DNA of 32,000 nt from Vibrio vulnificus CMCP6 (GCF_000039765.1 NC_004459.3:1860001-1892000), one strand, 5' to 3'; positions 12,001-23,089 are shown, counted from the first letter of the stretch. Translations and numbers: made by a program. Notes: a model not told the origin generated them from the letters alone.

Positions 12001-12514
12001 TGATCAATCACTGACACTGGCTGGCTTAGTGATCGCCGCCCGTGTGATGACCACCAAGCGTGGTACGCGTATCGGTATCATGACATTGGATGATCGCAGC
12101 GGTCGTATGGAAGTGATGTTGTTCTCAGATGCGTTAGAACGGTATGCAGATCTACTGGAAAAAGATAAAATCTTGGTGGTTTCTGGACAGGTCAGCTTTG
12201 ATGACTTCAATGGTGGCCTTAAAATGACGGCTCGCGAAGTTATGGACCTCGGTTCTGCGCGTGAAAAATACGCCAGAGGGGTGTCTGTTTCGATTGCCGC
12301 ATCACAGATTGATGACCAGTTTTTTGAGCGCTTTAGTCGGATCTTAGAACCGCATAAAGCCGGAACGATTCCTGTCAATGTATACTACCAGCGTGCCGAC
12401 GCCAGAGCGCGGTTAACATTGGGCACGGAATGGCGAGTAACGCCTAGTGATACATTACTTGATGAATTAAAAATGTTGCTTGGTAAAGACCAGGTAGAAC
12501 TCGAATTTAACTAA
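9035..12514 (+). CDS. dnaE: DNA polymerase III subunit alpha
   Basis: 1159 aa, PHP N-terminal domain ([15 protein letters not shown]), [28 protein letters not shown]-terminal OB-fold. Confidence 0.98.
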   Translation: MSDPKFVHLRIHSDFSMVDGINKVPALVKQVAALGMPAMALTDFTNLCGLVKFYGAAHGNGIKPIIGADFKMQSPEFGDELTQLTVLAADNTGYKNLTLLISKAYLRGHVQHQPVIDKEWLIELSEGLIILSGARNGEIGKALLKGNQKLVESCVDFYQQHFADRFYVELIRTGRSDEETYLHFAIELAEQYDLPVVATNEVVFIGQELFDAHEIRVAIHDGYTLEDPRRPKNYSPQQYLRTEEEMCELFADIPEALENSVEIAKRCNVTVRLWEYFLPAFPTEGMAETEFLVMKSKEGLEERLEFLFPDPEIRAQRRPEYDERLQVELDVINQMGFPGYFLIVMEFIQWSKDNGIPVGPGRGSGAGSLVAYALKITDLDPLEYDLLFERFLNPERVSMPDFDVDFCMDKRDQVIDHVAEMYGRDAVSQIITFGTMAAKAVIRDVGRVLGHPFGFVDRISKLVPPDPGMTLEKAFKAEPALPELYEADEEVKELIDMCRILEGCTRNAGKHAGGVVISPTTITDFAPIYADAEGNFPVTQFDKNDVETAGLVKFDFLGLRTLTIIDWALGLINPRLEREGKAPVRIESIPLDDPASFRILQNSETTAVFQLESRGMKELIKRLQPDCFEDIIALVALFRPGPLQSGMVDNFIDRKHGREAISYPDEKWQHESLKEILDPTYGIILYQEQVMQIAQVLSGYTLGGADMLRRAMGKKKPEEMAKQRATFEEGAVKNGIDGELAMKIFDLVEKFAGYGFNKSHSAAYALVSYQTLWLKTHYPAEFMAAVMTADMDNTEKVVGLVDECFRMKLTVLPPDINSGLYRFNVDENGAIVYGIGAIKGVGEGPIDAILEARTKGGHFKDLFDFCARIDLKKVNKRVIEKLIYAGALDRLGPHRAALMASLDDAVKAASQHHQAEAFGQADMFGVLTDAPEEVEHKYIQVEPWPEKVWLEGERETLGLYLTGHPVNAYLTELNKYTSCRLKDATPTRRDQSLTLAGLVIAARVMTTKRGTRIGIMTLDDRSGRMEVMLFSDALERYADLLEKDKILVVSGQVSFDDFNGGLKMTAREVMDLGSAREKYARGVSVSIAASQIDDQFFERFSRILEPHKAGTIPVNVYYQRADARARLTLGTEWRVTPSDTLLDELKMLLGKDQVELEFN

Positions 12515-12551
12515 ATTTGGCTAACCGAGCCGAATCAACAAGGATTCATAG

Positions 12552-13511
12552 ATGAGCCTGAATTTTCTAGAATTTGAAAAGCCGATTGCTGAACTAGAAG
12601 CAAAAATTGAAGCCCTACGCGACGTCTCTCGTCATGGCGGAGATTCAGCTATTGACCTTGACAAAGAGATTGAACAGCTTGAAAAGAAGAGCCTCGAACT
12701 GAAGAAGAAAATTTTCAGTGATCTTGGTGCATGGGAAACGGCGCAGTTAGCTCGCCATCCTCAACGCCCTTATACGCTCGACTACGTCAAACACGTATTT
12801 GAAGAGTTTGATGAACTTGCGGGTGACCGTGCTTATGCCGATGACAAAGCGATCGTTGCAGGTATTGCCCGTTTAGAAGGTCGTCCTGTGATGATCATTG
12901 GCCACCAAAAAGGTCGTGAGACTCGTGAAAAAGTGAAGCGTAACTTTGGTATGCCAAAGCCAGAAGGCTACCGTAAAGCACTGCGCCTAATGAAAATGGC
13001 AGAGCGTTTCCAAATGCCAATCATCACTTTTATTGACACTGCTGGCGCATACCCTGGCGTCGGTGCGGAAGAGCGTGGTCAGTCAGAAGCGATCGCCACC
13101 AACCTAAAAGAGATGGCGGGTTTAACCGTGCCAGTGATCTGTAACGTGGTTGGTGAAGGTGGTTCTGGTGGCGCATTAGCCATTGGCGTGGGCGACTACG
13201 TGAACATGCTTCAATACTCGACTTACTCTGTTATTTCACCAGAAGGTTGTGCCTCTATTCTGTGGCGTGATTCTGACAAAGCCCCACAGGCTGCAGAAGC
13301 GATGGGCCTTGTGGCATCTCGCCTAAAAGAGCTTGAACTGATTGATGAAATCATCGAAGAACCACTTGGTGGTGCGCATCGCAACCATGTACAAATGGCA
13401 GCGAACATGAAAGCAACGCTACTACGTCAATTAGCGGAGCTGGAACAGTTCCCTCAAGACGTGTTGCTTGAGCGTCGTTACCAGCGCCTAATGAACTACG
13501 GATACTGCTAA
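12552..13511 (+). CDS. accA: Acetyl-CoA carboxylase carboxyltransferase subunit alpha
   Basis: [19 protein letters not shown]..., [36 protein letters not shown]. Confidence 0.98.
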
Positions 13512-13549
13512 ACCGTTGTTTTAGGTTACAAGACGCATCGTATACAATA

Positions 13550-13582
13550 AGGGGCTGAACCGTGTGTTCAGCCCCTTTTTTA
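13550..13582 (+). terminator. Rho-independent terminator after accA
   Basis: AGGGGCTGAAC-CGTGT-GTTCAGCCCCT followed by a T-tract (11-bp perfect stem). Confidence 0.92.
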
Positions 13583-13595
13583 ATTTGGAGTCACT

Positions 13596-14906
13596 ATGGA
13601 CGCTCTCTATTCTCACTTCTCTCAAGTATTGGAACAACAACGTAAAGCGAACACTCGCTTAGTGGTTGCCTTTAGTGGAGGAGTAGATTCAAGGGTGCTG
13701 CTCGAGTTGGCTCATCGTTACGCTCAAGAGCATCTGTTGCCGTGCTGTGCGGTTCATGTGCACCATGGTTTGAGCCACAACGCAGATCAATGGGTCCAAA
13801 GCTGCGCAGCTTGGTGCCAAGAAAAAAATATTCCACTGACAGTGGAGCGAGTTCAATTGGATTTGACCCAAGGGAACAGCATCGAGGAAGAAGCGCGTAA
13901 CGCACGATACCAAGCTTTACGCGCGCATATTAACGCCGATGATCTTCTTCTCACCGGTCAGCACGCGGATGATCAGGTGGAAACCTTTCTGCTGGCGCTA
14001 AAACGAGGCAGTGGCCCCAAGGGACTGTCGTCCATGGCTCAGCAAATGCCCTTTTCTCAAGGGCGGTTGATTCGTCCACTGCTCGACGTTCGACGCCAAG
14101 AGATTGAACGATGTGCGCATGCCATCGGTTTACATTGGGTGGAAGATGAGAGCAATCAAGACACGCGGTATGACCGTAATTTTCTTCGCCAACAAATCCT
14201 TCCCGCGCTGTCTGAACGATGGCCAAGTTTTGCGGCGTCTGTTCAACGCAGTGCCACGCTCTGTGCGGAGCAAGAGGCGTTACTGGATGAGCTGCTGTTA
14301 CCGGTATTTGAGCAACTGTTTGGCGAAGACCAGAGCTTAGCTATCACGCTGTTGTCACAGCAAAGTGAGCTGGCTCGTTTCAAGTTGCTCAGAATGTGGC
14401 TGGCAAAGCTTGGGCATCCTATGCCAACGCGTCATCAGTTGTCACTCATTTGGCAGCAAGTCGCGCTTTCTCAAGCAGATGCCAATCCAATATTGCAACT
14501 GAGCCAAGGGCAAGTACGCCGTTTCAATCAGCGTCTTTATTTGGTTGCAGACAACCAGGATCTCTCTGCTTGGCATGCGCCGATCACGCTCAATACACCG
14601 CTTGCTTTACCTGATGGTTTAGGGACGATTGAGTTAACGGTAAGTCGTGGTTTCGGTCAAATCGCGCTTCCAGAGCAAAGTGAGGCGTTGTGGATAAGCT
14701 TTAACCCAGAGGGGCTAAGTGCCCATCCGGCGGAGCGAGGTCACAGTCGGAAGTTGAAAAAGCTGTTTCAAGAATACCAAGTACCAAGTTGGTTGCGCCG
14801 TCGCACGCCAATTTTGATGTATCACCAACAGGTTGTGGCGGTGGCGGGATTGTTTGTGGATCGCCAGTTTATTGGTCAAGATTGTGAGCTGTTTTGGCGC
14901 AAGTAA
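13596..14906 (+). CDS. tilS: tRNA(Ile)-lysidine synthetase TilS
   Basis: N-type ATP pyrophosphatase SGGVDS loop, HVHHGLS, TGQHADDQVETFLLALKRGSGPKGLSSM; 436 aa. Confidence 0.95.
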   Translation: MDALYSHFSQVLEQQRKANTRLVVAFSGGVDSRVLLELAHRYAQEHLLPCCAVHVHHGLSHNADQWVQSCAAWCQEKNIPLTVERVQLDLTQGNSIEEEARNARYQALRAHINADDLLLTGQHADDQVETFLLALKRGSGPKGLSSMAQQMPFSQGRLIRPLLDVRRQEIERCAHAIGLHWVEDESNQDTRYDRNFLRQQILPALSERWPSFAASVQRSATLCAEQEALLDELLLPVFEQLFGEDQSLAITLLSQQSELARFKLLRMWLAKLGHPMPTRHQLSLIWQQVALSQADANPILQLSQGQVRRFNQRLYLVADNQDLSAWHAPITLNTPLALPDGLGTIELTVSRGFGQIALPEQSEALWISFNPEGLSAHPAERGHSRKLKKLFQEYQVPSWLRRRTPILMYHQQVVAVAGLFVDRQFIGQDCELFWRK

Positions 14907-14969
14907 TCCAAATTCATGTAAAAATCGTATGGATATAATAACCATCATGGATATAAAAAAGGAAAAGCA

Positions 14970-15284
14970 ATGAAGAAAGTCGCTATTGGTTTGGCTCTAG
15001 GGTTAGGCCTGATGAGTGGAAGTGTTCTAGCTGCAGGTGATGTCGCTGCAGGGCAAGCAAAAGCTGCGGTTTGTGCCGCTTGTCATGGTGCGGATGGCAT
15101 GGCTACGATCCCGGGCTACCCAAATCTCAAAGGTCAAAATGAGCAGTATCTTGTCTCTGCTATCAAAGCGTACAAAAACAAAGAGCGTAACGGCGGCTTA
15201 GCGGTCGTGATGCAAGCGCAAGCGGCAATGCTAAATGATGCGGATATTGCTAATTTGGCCGCTTATTATGCGAGCCTGAAATAA
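14970..15284 (+). CDS. Small secreted cytochrome c (single CxxCH haem site)
   Basis: Signal peptide, CAACHGADG motif, C-terminal [14 protein letters not shown] typical of class I cytochrome c. Confidence 0.92.
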   Translation: MKKVAIGLALGLGLMSGSVLAAGDVAAGQAKAAVCAACHGADGMATIPGYPNLKGQNEQYLVSAIKAYKNKERNGGLAVVMQAQAAMLNDADIANLAAYYASLK

Positions 15285-15300
15285 TTAAATCGATTTGACG

Positions 15301-15328
15301 AAAGCCAGAGCCGTTGCTCTGGCTTTTT
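15301..15328 (+). terminator. Rho-independent terminator after cytochrome c gene
   Basis: AAAGCCAGAGC-CGTT-GCTCTGGCTTTTT. Confidence 0.92.
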
Positions 15329-15412
15329 CGTCTTATACAGGGAGAATAGGGCGGTTTGTGATTGAATGTTGTCGATGGCTCACCGATAATAGGTTAACAA
15401 ATTGAAGTTTAA

Positions 15413-15760
<348 letters not shown>

Positions 15761-15764
15761 TCAC

Positions 15765-15794
15765 ACAAAAAGGGAGCCTAAGGCTCCTTTTTTT
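15765..15794 (+). terminator. Rho-independent terminator after glnB
   Basis: AAAAAGGGAGCC-TAA-GGCTCCTTTTTTT. Confidence 0.9.
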
Positions 15795-15823
15795 AGCGCT
15801 GACATTTAGTAGAGATTAAGAGA

Positions 15824-16678
15824 ATGAGAAAACGCATTTGGGTGGGGCTGCCATTGGCGTTGGTGTTTGGTGGGATATTTGCATTCCACACCGTTTTCCA
15901 CATCCCCGAACAGCCTGAAATGACCACTATCAGCGACGGTTCGTTTAACCAGCAACTGCATTGTTATGAAAGTTCAACGCGTGCCAGCATTGATCAAGAG
16001 GGGAGTCTGAACCTGTTGGTGTGGAATATTTACAAACAGAATCGCGCTAATTGGCAGTCTGTGCTGACCCAAATGAGTGCTGGGGCACAATTAATTCTGT
16101 TGCAAGAAGCCAGCTTAGAAGATGGGTTAAAACGCTGGATAGCCTCTGGTGGTTGGAGCGGTGAGCAAGTGAACGCGTTTAAAGCGTTTGATAAAGCCGC
16201 TGGCGTCTTGACATTAGGCTGGCGTAAGCCTCGCTTGGCGTGTGGCTACACCCAATTGGAGCCGTGGATTCGCTTGCCTAAATCGGGATTGTATTCGGAG
16301 TACCTGCTTTCCGATGGCCAAATGTTGATCGTGGTTAACCTGCATGCCGTCAATTTCACTTGGGGTGTGCAAGAATATCAGCAACAAGTCAATGACCTGA
16401 TTGCGGCGTTAAAAGAGCATCCAGGGCCTGCAATTGTCGCGGGTGATTTTAATACTTGGAGCGAAAAACGTTTGCAAGCGGTAACGGAACGATTGGAAAA
16501 CGCTGGGCTTATCGAAGTGGTGTTCTCACCTGATCAGCGAACTCGTTTTATCACAGGGCTGCCGCTTGATCATGTGTTTTACAAAGGCTTAGAAGTACAA
16601 AAAGCAGAGGCGCCTCAAACGGACGCCTCTGATCATAATCCACTGTTGGTCAGCTTTACATTACCAACAGATAAATAG
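15824..16678 (+). CDS. Endonuclease/exonuclease/phosphatase (EEP) superfamily protein, YafD-like
   Basis: N-terminal TM segment; LLVWNIYKQNRANW, LLQEA, VVNLHAVNF, AGDFNTWS, LDHVFYKGL, ASDHNPLLVSF: full EEP motif set. Confidence 0.87.
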   Translation: MRKRIWVGLPLALVFGGIFAFHTVFHIPEQPEMTTISDGSFNQQLHCYESSTRASIDQEGSLNLLVWNIYKQNRANWQSVLTQMSAGAQLILLQEASLEDGLKRWIASGGWSGEQVNAFKAFDKAAGVLTLGWRKPRLACGYTQLEPWIRLPKSGLYSEYLLSDGQMLIVVNLHAVNFTWGVQEYQQQVNDLIAALKEHPGPAIVAGDFNTWSEKRLQAVTERLENAGLIEVVFSPDQRTRFITGLPLDHVFYKGLEVQKAEAPQTDASDHNPLLVSFTLPTDK

Positions 16679-17345
16679 CCCAAATCAGATAGTATCCCAC
16701 CCAAGGAAGGGCGGCGATCACCAAAGCTTGTCCACGTTCAAACTCTGTCCATGTCAGCACGGCTGCATAACCAAGCACAATGTACCAAGGAAGTAGCAAA
16801 GGCATTGAACTGGCAAACTGAGACCATTCGTTTGTCAATGGTAGCTTGATCAACCCATTGAGACTATTGAGATCGGCGGCGTAAATCACCACTTGACCAT
16901 GTTTCAATATCAAACTTGCATAGCTAGCGAAGTCGCCTAACACCGCTGGGAAGGTGATCACTGCGGCAGCGGCAAACCATTTCCAAAACCCGTGTTGATG
17001 CTGGCTGGGCTTGGTTGCCAGAGTGAACCAAAATGCCAACATCAAAATCGTCAAGGTTCGTCCAAACACATCGCTAATGATCTCACTCGCCATCAAGGTG
17101 TTTGGATCGTCCAAGAATTTTAATTGTTCTGGATTAATTTGTTGAAATTGAGGTGTTAAAATTTGGCTCAACCACTGGAAGTCCACATTAGAAAAATACG
17201 CTCCCCAAAACAGGAATGGGGTCAATATGAGAACGATGTACGGTTGCCAGCCCCAAGCACCACGCTGATAAAGCGCGAGAAAACATGAGGTTGGAGAGCG
17301 AAATATGTCAAGCATCATGACAAACGGGTTACTGGAAGGGGTCAT
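16656..17345 (-). CDS. YIP1-family-like integral membrane protein
   Basis: 229 aa, several predicted TM segments, N-terminal RSPTSCFLALYQRGAWGWQPYIVLILTP pattern. Confidence 0.68.
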   Translation of the reverse strand: MTPSSNPFVMMLDIFRSPTSCFLALYQRGAWGWQPYIVLILTPFLFWGAYFSNVDFQWLSQILTPQFQQINPEQLKFLDDPNTLMASEIISDVFGRTLTILMLAFWFTLATKPSQHQHGFWKWFAAAAVITFPAVLGDFASYASLILKHGQVVIYAADLNSLNGLIKLPLTNEWSQFASSMPLLLPWYIVLGYAAVLTWTEFERGQALVIAALPWVGYYLIWAIYLLVM

Positions 17346-18925
17346 ACACTTACCTTAGTTACATCCACGTAGAGTTTTAATTGTTGACCTGGTTTCAGGT
17401 ACTTTTGATTTTGTAGCGCGTTCCACTTCACAATGTCGTTGCTTTTGACTTTAAACTTGGTCGCGATGCCACTGATGGTGTCGCCTGAACGCACTTTATA
17501 GAAAACAGTACGGATAATGGCGCCTTCAGAGCTCTCTTTCCAAATCACCAGATCTTGCCCAATGCGCAATGTGTCACGTGGCCCCATGCCATTCCATTTC
17601 GCTAATGCTTGGTGATCCACTTTATTGGCTTTCGCAATGCTCCATAAGCTTTCGCCGGATTTAACGGTATGCGTCAGCTTATATTTACCGCGAGCAGTGG
17701 CTTGGGTCTTAGCCAAGCGGTTTGCTGCCGACAAGGTGTAAGCGCTGGCGTCTTTTTGCGATGTAGGGATCAGTAGGTACTGGCCGACACGAATGTTGTT
17801 ACCGTTCAAGCTATTGGCGGTACGGATCACTTCACTGGTGGTGTTATGTTTTTCAGCTAAGACGCTGAGCGTGTCGCCAGAGCGCACTTTGTAGCGCACC
17901 ATCTTCATGCCTTTGCCGCGATTTTCTTCTACTTTCGCGATGAACTGCTCTGCTTTATCGACAGGAATCAGCAGTTGGTAAGGACCATCTGGTGCCGTAG
18001 ACCACTGGTTGTAGGCCGGATTGTAGCTTTGCAGCTCTTTGACATTCAGCCCGGCGTATTGTGCAGCAATGGCGAGATCCAATTGCTCCTTAGGATCAAT
18101 CAGTGCCAACACGGGTTTGTTTGGAATCGCAGGGATCTCAATGCCGTATTTCTCTTGATTGGCGACAATATCGGCAAGGGCGAGCAGTTTTGGCACATAG
18201 CCACTGGTTTCTTTGGGTAAATCTAGTGAGAAAAAATCGATAGGTTTACCCAGTTTGTTGTTCTTACGGATCGCGCTCGATACACGGCCACCACCGCTGT
18301 TGTACGCCGCGATCGCGTGATTCCAGTCACCATCAAAACGTTTGTTGAGGTAGGTAAGATAATCGAGCGCAGCGTCGGTGGCGGCTGCCACGTCTCGGCG
18401 ACCGTCATACCAAAAATTTTGTTCTAGACCATACATTTTCCCAGTGCCCGGAACAAACTGCCATAAGCCTGCGGCACTGCCATGAGAGTAGGCAAATGGG
18501 TCGAATGAGCTTTCTACGACAGGTAACAATGCCAGCTCAAGAGGCAAATCACGCGCTTCAATTTTCTCAGTGATCAGATAGAGAAATGGGGTCGCACGTT
18601 GTGAGACGGTTTTAAGGTGATTAGGGTGTTTGAGGTACCAAGTGCGGTAATAATCGACCTTTTCATGATCGGGGACTTCCAGAGACAGTTGCATGGCGAT
18701 GCGTTGCCAAACGTCTTCCTGAGTTTGAGGTGTGACGACAGGTTGCTCTGGGGCAACGTTCTCAAGCGTTTTGTCACTTGGTTTTACTTTTTTCGCAGTT
18801 TGCTGCGACGATTTTGCTTGCGAGGCATTGGTCTCAGGCGCGGCACTGGTATTGCTCTCTGTTTGTAGGCTCTGACAGCCAGAAAGCAATAGTAGTGCAA
18901 ACACCCAACTAAACTTAAAACGCAT
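17342..18925 (-). CDS. mltD: Membrane-bound lytic murein transglycosylase D with LysM repeats (ORF extends to 18985; likely ATG at 18925)
   Basis: Lipoprotein signal FALLLLSGCQS, SLT motif ESSFDPFAYSHGSAAGLWQFVPGTGKMYGL, LysM repeats (YKVRSGDTIS..., HTVKSGESLW...); adjacent to gloB. Confidence 0.95.
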   Translation of the reverse strand: MRFKFSWVFALLLLSGCQSLQTESNTSAAPETNASQAKSSQQTAKKVKPSDKTLENVAPEQPVVTPQTQEDVWQRIAMQLSLEVPDHEKVDYYRTWYLKHPNHLKTVSQRATPFLYLITEKIEARDLPLELALLPVVESSFDPFAYSHGSAAGLWQFVPGTGKMYGLEQNFWYDGRRDVAAATDAALDYLTYLNKRFDGDWNHAIAAYNSGGGRVSSAIRKNNKLGKPIDFFSLDLPKETSGYVPKLLALADIVANQEKYGIEIPAIPNKPVLALIDPKEQLDLAIAAQYAGLNVKELQSYNPAYNQWSTAPDGPYQLLIPVDKAEQFIAKVEENRGKGMKMVRYKVRSGDTLSVLAEKHNTTSEVIRTANSLNGNNIRVGQYLLIPTSQKDASAYTLSAANRLAKTQATARGKYKLTHTVKSGESLWSIAKANKVDHQALAKWNGMGPRDTLRIGQDLVIWKESSEGAIIRTVFYKVRSGDTISGIATKFKVKSNDIVKWNALQNQKYLKPGQQLKLYVDVTKVSV

Positions 18926-18996
18926 GGTTCCAGCCTGTTTAACTTTGGGCTGCTGATAATACTTGCCTCCTTGGTCAGGAGACAAGCATCAAAAAG

Positions 18997-19755
18997 TTAA
19001 AATTCGTTCTTCCACTCACGTAATGCTGTAAAAACCGAGAGTGGATCGCTATTTTTCGTTCTGCTAGAAACCGAGTGAATAACACTGGGTTGCAGATATC
19101 GAAGAAATGGATTGATCCATTTTTCTTGTCTCAATGTGGTTGGAATGGTTGGCAGATTTTGCGCACGCAGTCGATTGACGGTATCACGGTATTGGTGAAG
19201 TAACTCGTTATCCGGTTCCACGGCTAAGGCGAAAGCAACGTTGCTGGCGGTATATTCATGAGCGCAGAACACTTCCGTTTCCTCAGGAAGGGCGAGAAGC
19301 TTGTTGAGTGAGTCAAACATTTGTTGCGCGGTACCTTCAAAAATACGACCACAGCCAGCAGAGAAGAGCACATCGCCACAAAACAGTTTGCCGTCGCCAA
19401 CATAACCAATATGACCCAAGGTATGCCCACCTAAACCTAACACTAAGAAGGTTTCGTCGAATAACTCAAGTCGGTCGCCATCTTCCACGGGGTGGGTGAG
19501 CGTTGGAATCGGTTCTGCTTTCGGCCCTACAACGTTAACGTTAGGAAAAGCGCGCACCAAATCGGCCACGCCGCCAATGTGATCATTGTGGTGGTGGGTG
19601 ATAAGAATCGCTTCTAAAGTTAACTGATGTTGCTCGATGTAGTGAAGGACAGGCTTGGCGTCGCCTGGGTCGACCACAGCACAACGCTGATCGCTATTTT
19701 GAATCAACCAGATGTAATTGTCGTTGAATGCAGGTATGCTTTTGATCTCTAACAC
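18997..19755 (-). CDS. gloB: Hydroxyacylglutathione hydrolase (glyoxalase II)
   Basis: [14 protein letters not shown] metallo-beta-lactamase motif, [24 protein letters not shown]. Confidence 0.96.
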   Translation of the reverse strand: MLEIKSIPAFNDNYIWLIQNSDQRCAVVDPGDAKPVLHYIEQHQLTLEAILITHHHNDHIGGVADLVRAFPNVNVVGPKAEPIPTLTHPVEDGDRLELFDETFLVLGLGGHTLGHIGYVGDGKLFCGDVLFSAGCGRIFEGTAQQMFDSLNKLLALPEETEVFCAHEYTASNVAFALAVEPDNELLHQYRDTVNRLRAQNLPTIPTTLRQEKWINPFLRYLQPSVIHSVSSRTKNSDPLSVFTALREWKNEF

Positions 19756-19793
19756 GATGGATTCTCCGCTCGTTCGAACTAGTCAGGTGGTTA

Positions 19794-20561
19794 ATGAAGC
19801 CAGCACTAAGCAGTAAAGTTATCCAGCATCCCTACACATGGGAAGAAATGAACAACGGACAATGGGTTCGTGAATCGATTCAAACCCGTTTAGACGAATG
19901 GTGCCCGAAACTGTTTGGTTACCATTTGCTGAAACTGGGTGGGCTGAGCTGCGAGTTAACCAGTGCAATATGTAACATTCAACACCAAGTTAACTTAGAT
20001 ATCCAGAACCCTTTGCACAATGTCATCGCAGATGGTTACGAATTGCCCTTTCTCGAAAAAAGCTTTGATGCGGTGATCTTGGCGCATCAGTTGGATTACG
20101 CCAGTGATCCCCACCGATTACTGCGTGAAGTGGATCGAGTGATGATGGACGATGGCTATCTGGTGATTACGGGGTTTAATCCTGTGAGCTTCACCGGCCT
20201 GGCCAGTTTAATGCCTTGGCGAAAAAACAACTTGCCTTGGAGTGGACGAATGTTCACCACCAATCGAATTAAAGATTGGCTGGGAGTGTTGAATTATCAA
20301 GTCGTGCACTGCGATCGCTACGCACTGTTTCCGATGAAGAAATACCGAACCATGTGGACTTGGCTTGAAAACAGCCTTGGCGATTGGGCATCTCCCGCGG
20401 GCAGTCTCTATTTTATTGTCGCAAGAAAACGCACGTATCCGCTCAAACCCATCAAACCGCATTGGCAGTTAAAGCGTCGTTTATCTCCGCTCGGGGTAAT
20501 GAACCGACAGCGTGATTTACTGAGCAAGCGCAAAAGCTGCGCTTGCAGAGGAAGAGAGTAG
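19794..20561 (+). CDS. Class I SAM-dependent methyltransferase (YafS-like)
   Basis: Methyltransferase_11-type core: AVILAHQLDYASDPHRLLREVDRVMMDDGYLVITGFNP; located between gloB and rnhA, as yafS is in E. coli. Confidence 0.82.
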   Translation: MKPALSSKVIQHPYTWEEMNNGQWVRESIQTRLDEWCPKLFGYHLLKLGGLSCELTSAICNIQHQVNLDIQNPLHNVIADGYELPFLEKSFDAVILAHQLDYASDPHRLLREVDRVMMDDGYLVITGFNPVSFTGLASLMPWRKNNLPWSGRMFTTNRIKDWLGVLNYQVVHCDRYALFPMKKYRTMWTWLENSLGDWASPAGSLYFIVARKRTYPLKPIKPHWQLKRRLSPLGVMNRQRDLLSKRKSCACRGRE

Positions 20562-20562
20562 T

Positions 20563-21030
20563 TTACTCGGCAGGCTGATAACCGGTGTCGTCAAGGGTTG
20601 GGTTTTCGGCCGCGGCACGCGCCAACTCGTCACACATTTCGTTTTCACGATGGCCTGCGTGTCCTTTGACCCAACGCCAGTCAATCGTATGGCGAGTGGT
20701 TTCTTTATCAAGCGCTTGCCAAAGATCGGCATTTTTGACTGGTTTTTTATCGGCGGTTTTCCAACCGCGCTTTTTCCAATTGTGGATCCACTGAGTAATA
20801 CCTTGTCGAACATATTGGCTATCGGTTGTGAGAATCACATTGCAAGGTTCTTTCAAGGCCTGAAGAGCAACGATGGTGGCCATCATTTCCATTCGGTTGT
20901 TGGTGGTGAGTCTATAGCCTTGTGCTAAGGTTTTTTCGACCTGTTTGTAACGCAAGACGACACCGTAACCACCGGGTCCAGGATTACCGAGGCAAGAACC
21001 GTCAGTGAAAATTTCAACTTGTTTTGTCAT
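20563..21030 (-). CDS. rnhA: Ribonuclease HI
   Basis: [18 protein letters not shown]...[13 protein letters not shown]...[14 protein letters not shown]...[15 protein letters not shown]. Confidence 0.97.
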   Translation of the reverse strand: MTKQVEIFTDGSCLGNPGPGGYGVVLRYKQVEKTLAQGYRLTTNNRMEMMATIVALQALKEPCNVILTTDSQYVRQGITQWIHNWKKRGWKTADKKPVKNADLWQALDKETTRHTIDWRWVKGHAGHRENEMCDELARAAAENPTLDDTGYQPAE

Positions 21031-21098
21031 GTTTTGGTACTATTAGCGAAAGCCATGTTTAAAGCATACGTTCTGCATAGTCTGACACACATATCATT

Positions 21099-21830
21099 AT
21101 GAATACCAGTAACAATTCTGAATACGATCGTATCGTCGTGCTCGATACGGAAACCACGGGTATGAACCGTGAAGGTGGCCCACACTATATGGGGCACAGA
21201 ATCATCGAAATCGGGGCGGTGGAGATCATCAACCGCAAGCTGACCGGGCGACATTTCCATGTTTACCTTAAGCCAGACCGTGAAATTCAACCCGATGCGA
21301 TCGATGTTCACGGTATTACCGATCAGTTTCTAGTTGATAAACCGGAGTATCGTCAAGTTCACCAAGAGTTCCTAGAGTTCATTAAAGGGGCTGAGCTGGT
21401 GGCTCATAACGCGCCCTTCGACGTGGGCTTTATGGATTATGAGTTCGGTAAACTCGACGCCGCCATCGGCAAAACCGATGACTACTGCAAGGTGACCGAT
21501 ACGCTGGCGATGGCGAAGAAGATCTTCCCTGGCAAGCGTAACAACCTAGACGTTTTGTGTGAACGCTACGGCATTGATAACTCACACCGAACGCTTCACG
21601 GGGCATTGCTCGATGCGGAGATTCTGGCTGATGTTTACCTGCTGATGACCGGTGGGCAAACCAGTTTGGAGTTCAACGCCAACTCGCAAGAAGGCGGTGG
21701 TGAAGACATTCGCCGAGTGGCGGGGCGAAAATCTCTTAAGGTTTTGCGTGCAACGGCCGATGAATTAGAAGCGCACCAATCTAGATTGGATATTGTAGAA
21801 AAAAGCGGAACTTGCCTCTGGCGTCAATAG
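21099..21830 (+). CDS. dnaQ: DNA polymerase III subunit epsilon
   Basis: IVVLDTETTGMN (ExoI), HNAPFDVGFMDYEF (ExoII), HGALLDAEILADVY (ExoIII); divergent from rnhA. Confidence 0.97.
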   Translation: MNTSNNSEYDRIVVLDTETTGMNREGGPHYMGHRIIEIGAVEIINRKLTGRHFHVYLKPDREIQPDAIDVHGITDQFLVDKPEYRQVHQEFLEFIKGAELVAHNAPFDVGFMDYEFGKLDAAIGKTDDYCKVTDTLAMAKKIFPGKRNNLDVLCERYGIDNSHRTLHGALLDAEILADVYLLMTGGQTSLEFNANSQEGGGEDIRRVAGRKSLKVLRATADELEAHQSRLDIVEKSGTCLWRQ

Positions 21831-21838
21831 GAGAATCT

Positions 21839-23089
21839 ATGTTGAGGACATTGTCAGTCGTATTATTGTTATTGGTTAGTTGTGTAAGCCATGCTGCGAC
21901 AGAGTCGACCATGTCCTTGCTGGATAACCGCTTTCGAGTGGATCCAACCATCGATCAAATCACTTTCTTGATTTATCGCGAAAATCCTTCTCAGCCCGTG
22001 GTGCTAGTGCGACCAGATGGTCGAAAATACTACGCCTTCAAAAGCTACCCCAACGTCCGCTGGTATCAAGAGTCAGCCATGGACATTATCTCTATCGACA
22101 ACCCAATGCCGGGCCCTTGGCAAGCCGTGGGAAAAGTGAGCCCCAAAAACAACATTCGGCTGATTTCTCACCTGACGCTTTCAACGGATCTCTTCCCCAG
22201 TCGTTTGTATCATGGCGAAGTGATGAAATTCACCGCAAGGCTCGCATCGGATGATAAGCCGTTAGTCCTGAGAGATTTCCTTGATCGCGTCAATCTAAAA
22301 GTGACTTTCACGAAGTTTGTTGAAAACGAGCAAGATTTAGTAAAAGAAGCGCGTCCAGTTCCCATTGTTATTGGTGATTTTAGCGATGATGGCACGGGCT
22401 TAGATGAACGAGCTGGCGATGGTGTGTTTACTGTGCAGTTGCCTATCGAAGTGGACCCGGGCAAGTATCGGGCGCGTATCACCTCAGGAAATGGCGTGTT
22501 CCTACGAGCCAAAGAACAGGAAGTGCTGGTCTATCCTAGCCCTGTTTCTACCACCTTCATTCAGTCACGTGATGAAGGCAAGCCACACAGTATTGTGGTT
22601 TCAGGCGAGCAAGGCATGGTGCAGCCTGGGTCTTTGGCGGTTCACATTGAGCAAAGTGCTCCGGATGATTTCGTCAATTATGTGCAAGGGCAGGCGGACA
22701 AAGAGAGCTTAAAAGTGTCGATGCTGCTCGATAGTAGTCAGATGATCGGCATTTATGGTTGGAAGGGTGAAGTGTTCGCCACTGACGCCGCAACACAGCG
22801 CCCATTGATGTTCCCCATCTCACAACAAACGTTCAGTGTTGTGAAAGAGGTGGATATTGAAGCCGCGCGCAAAGCCAAAGAAGCCGCGCTTGCAGAACAA
22901 CGCCGCATTGAAGAAGAACAACGACTTTTGGCGCAAAGAGAGGCCGATCGTAAACAAGCCATCATGATGATTGGTATTGGTAACGTGGTAGTCATCTTAC
23001 TCGGGCTGGTGGTGTGGTTCGTCTGGGGCAAGTTGCGAGCAAAACGCCAAGCCATTCCAGAGATGCAATTAGAAGTGCCGAAGAAATAA
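21839..23089 (+). CDS. Uncharacterised TIGR03503-like envelope protein: signal peptide, large periplasmic region, C-terminal TM
   Basis: N-terminal signal MLRTLSVVLLLLVSCVSHAA (GGAG SD upstream of ATG 21839), C-terminal TM IMMIGIGNVVVILLGLVVWFVWG. Family name recalled from similar genes downstream of dnaQ, not verified. Confidence 0.68.
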   Translation: MLRTLSVVLLLLVSCVSHAATESTMSLLDNRFRVDPTIDQITFLIYRENPSQPVVLVRPDGRKYYAFKSYPNVRWYQESAMDIISIDNPMPGPWQAVGKVSPKNNIRLISHLTLSTDLFPSRLYHGEVMKFTARLASDDKPLVLRDFLDRVNLKVTFTKFVENEQDLVKEARPVPIVIGDFSDDGTGLDERAGDGVFTVQLPIEVDPGKYRARITSGNGVFLRAKEQEVLVYPSPVSTTFIQSRDEGKPHSIVVSGEQGMVQPGSLAVHIEQSAPDDFVNYVQGQADKESLKVSMLLDSSQMIGIYGWKGEVFATDAATQRPLMFPISQQTFSVVKEVDIEAARKAKEAALAEQRRIEEEQRLLAQREADRKQAIMMIGIGNVVVILLGLVVWFVWGKLRAKRQAIPEMQLEVPKK

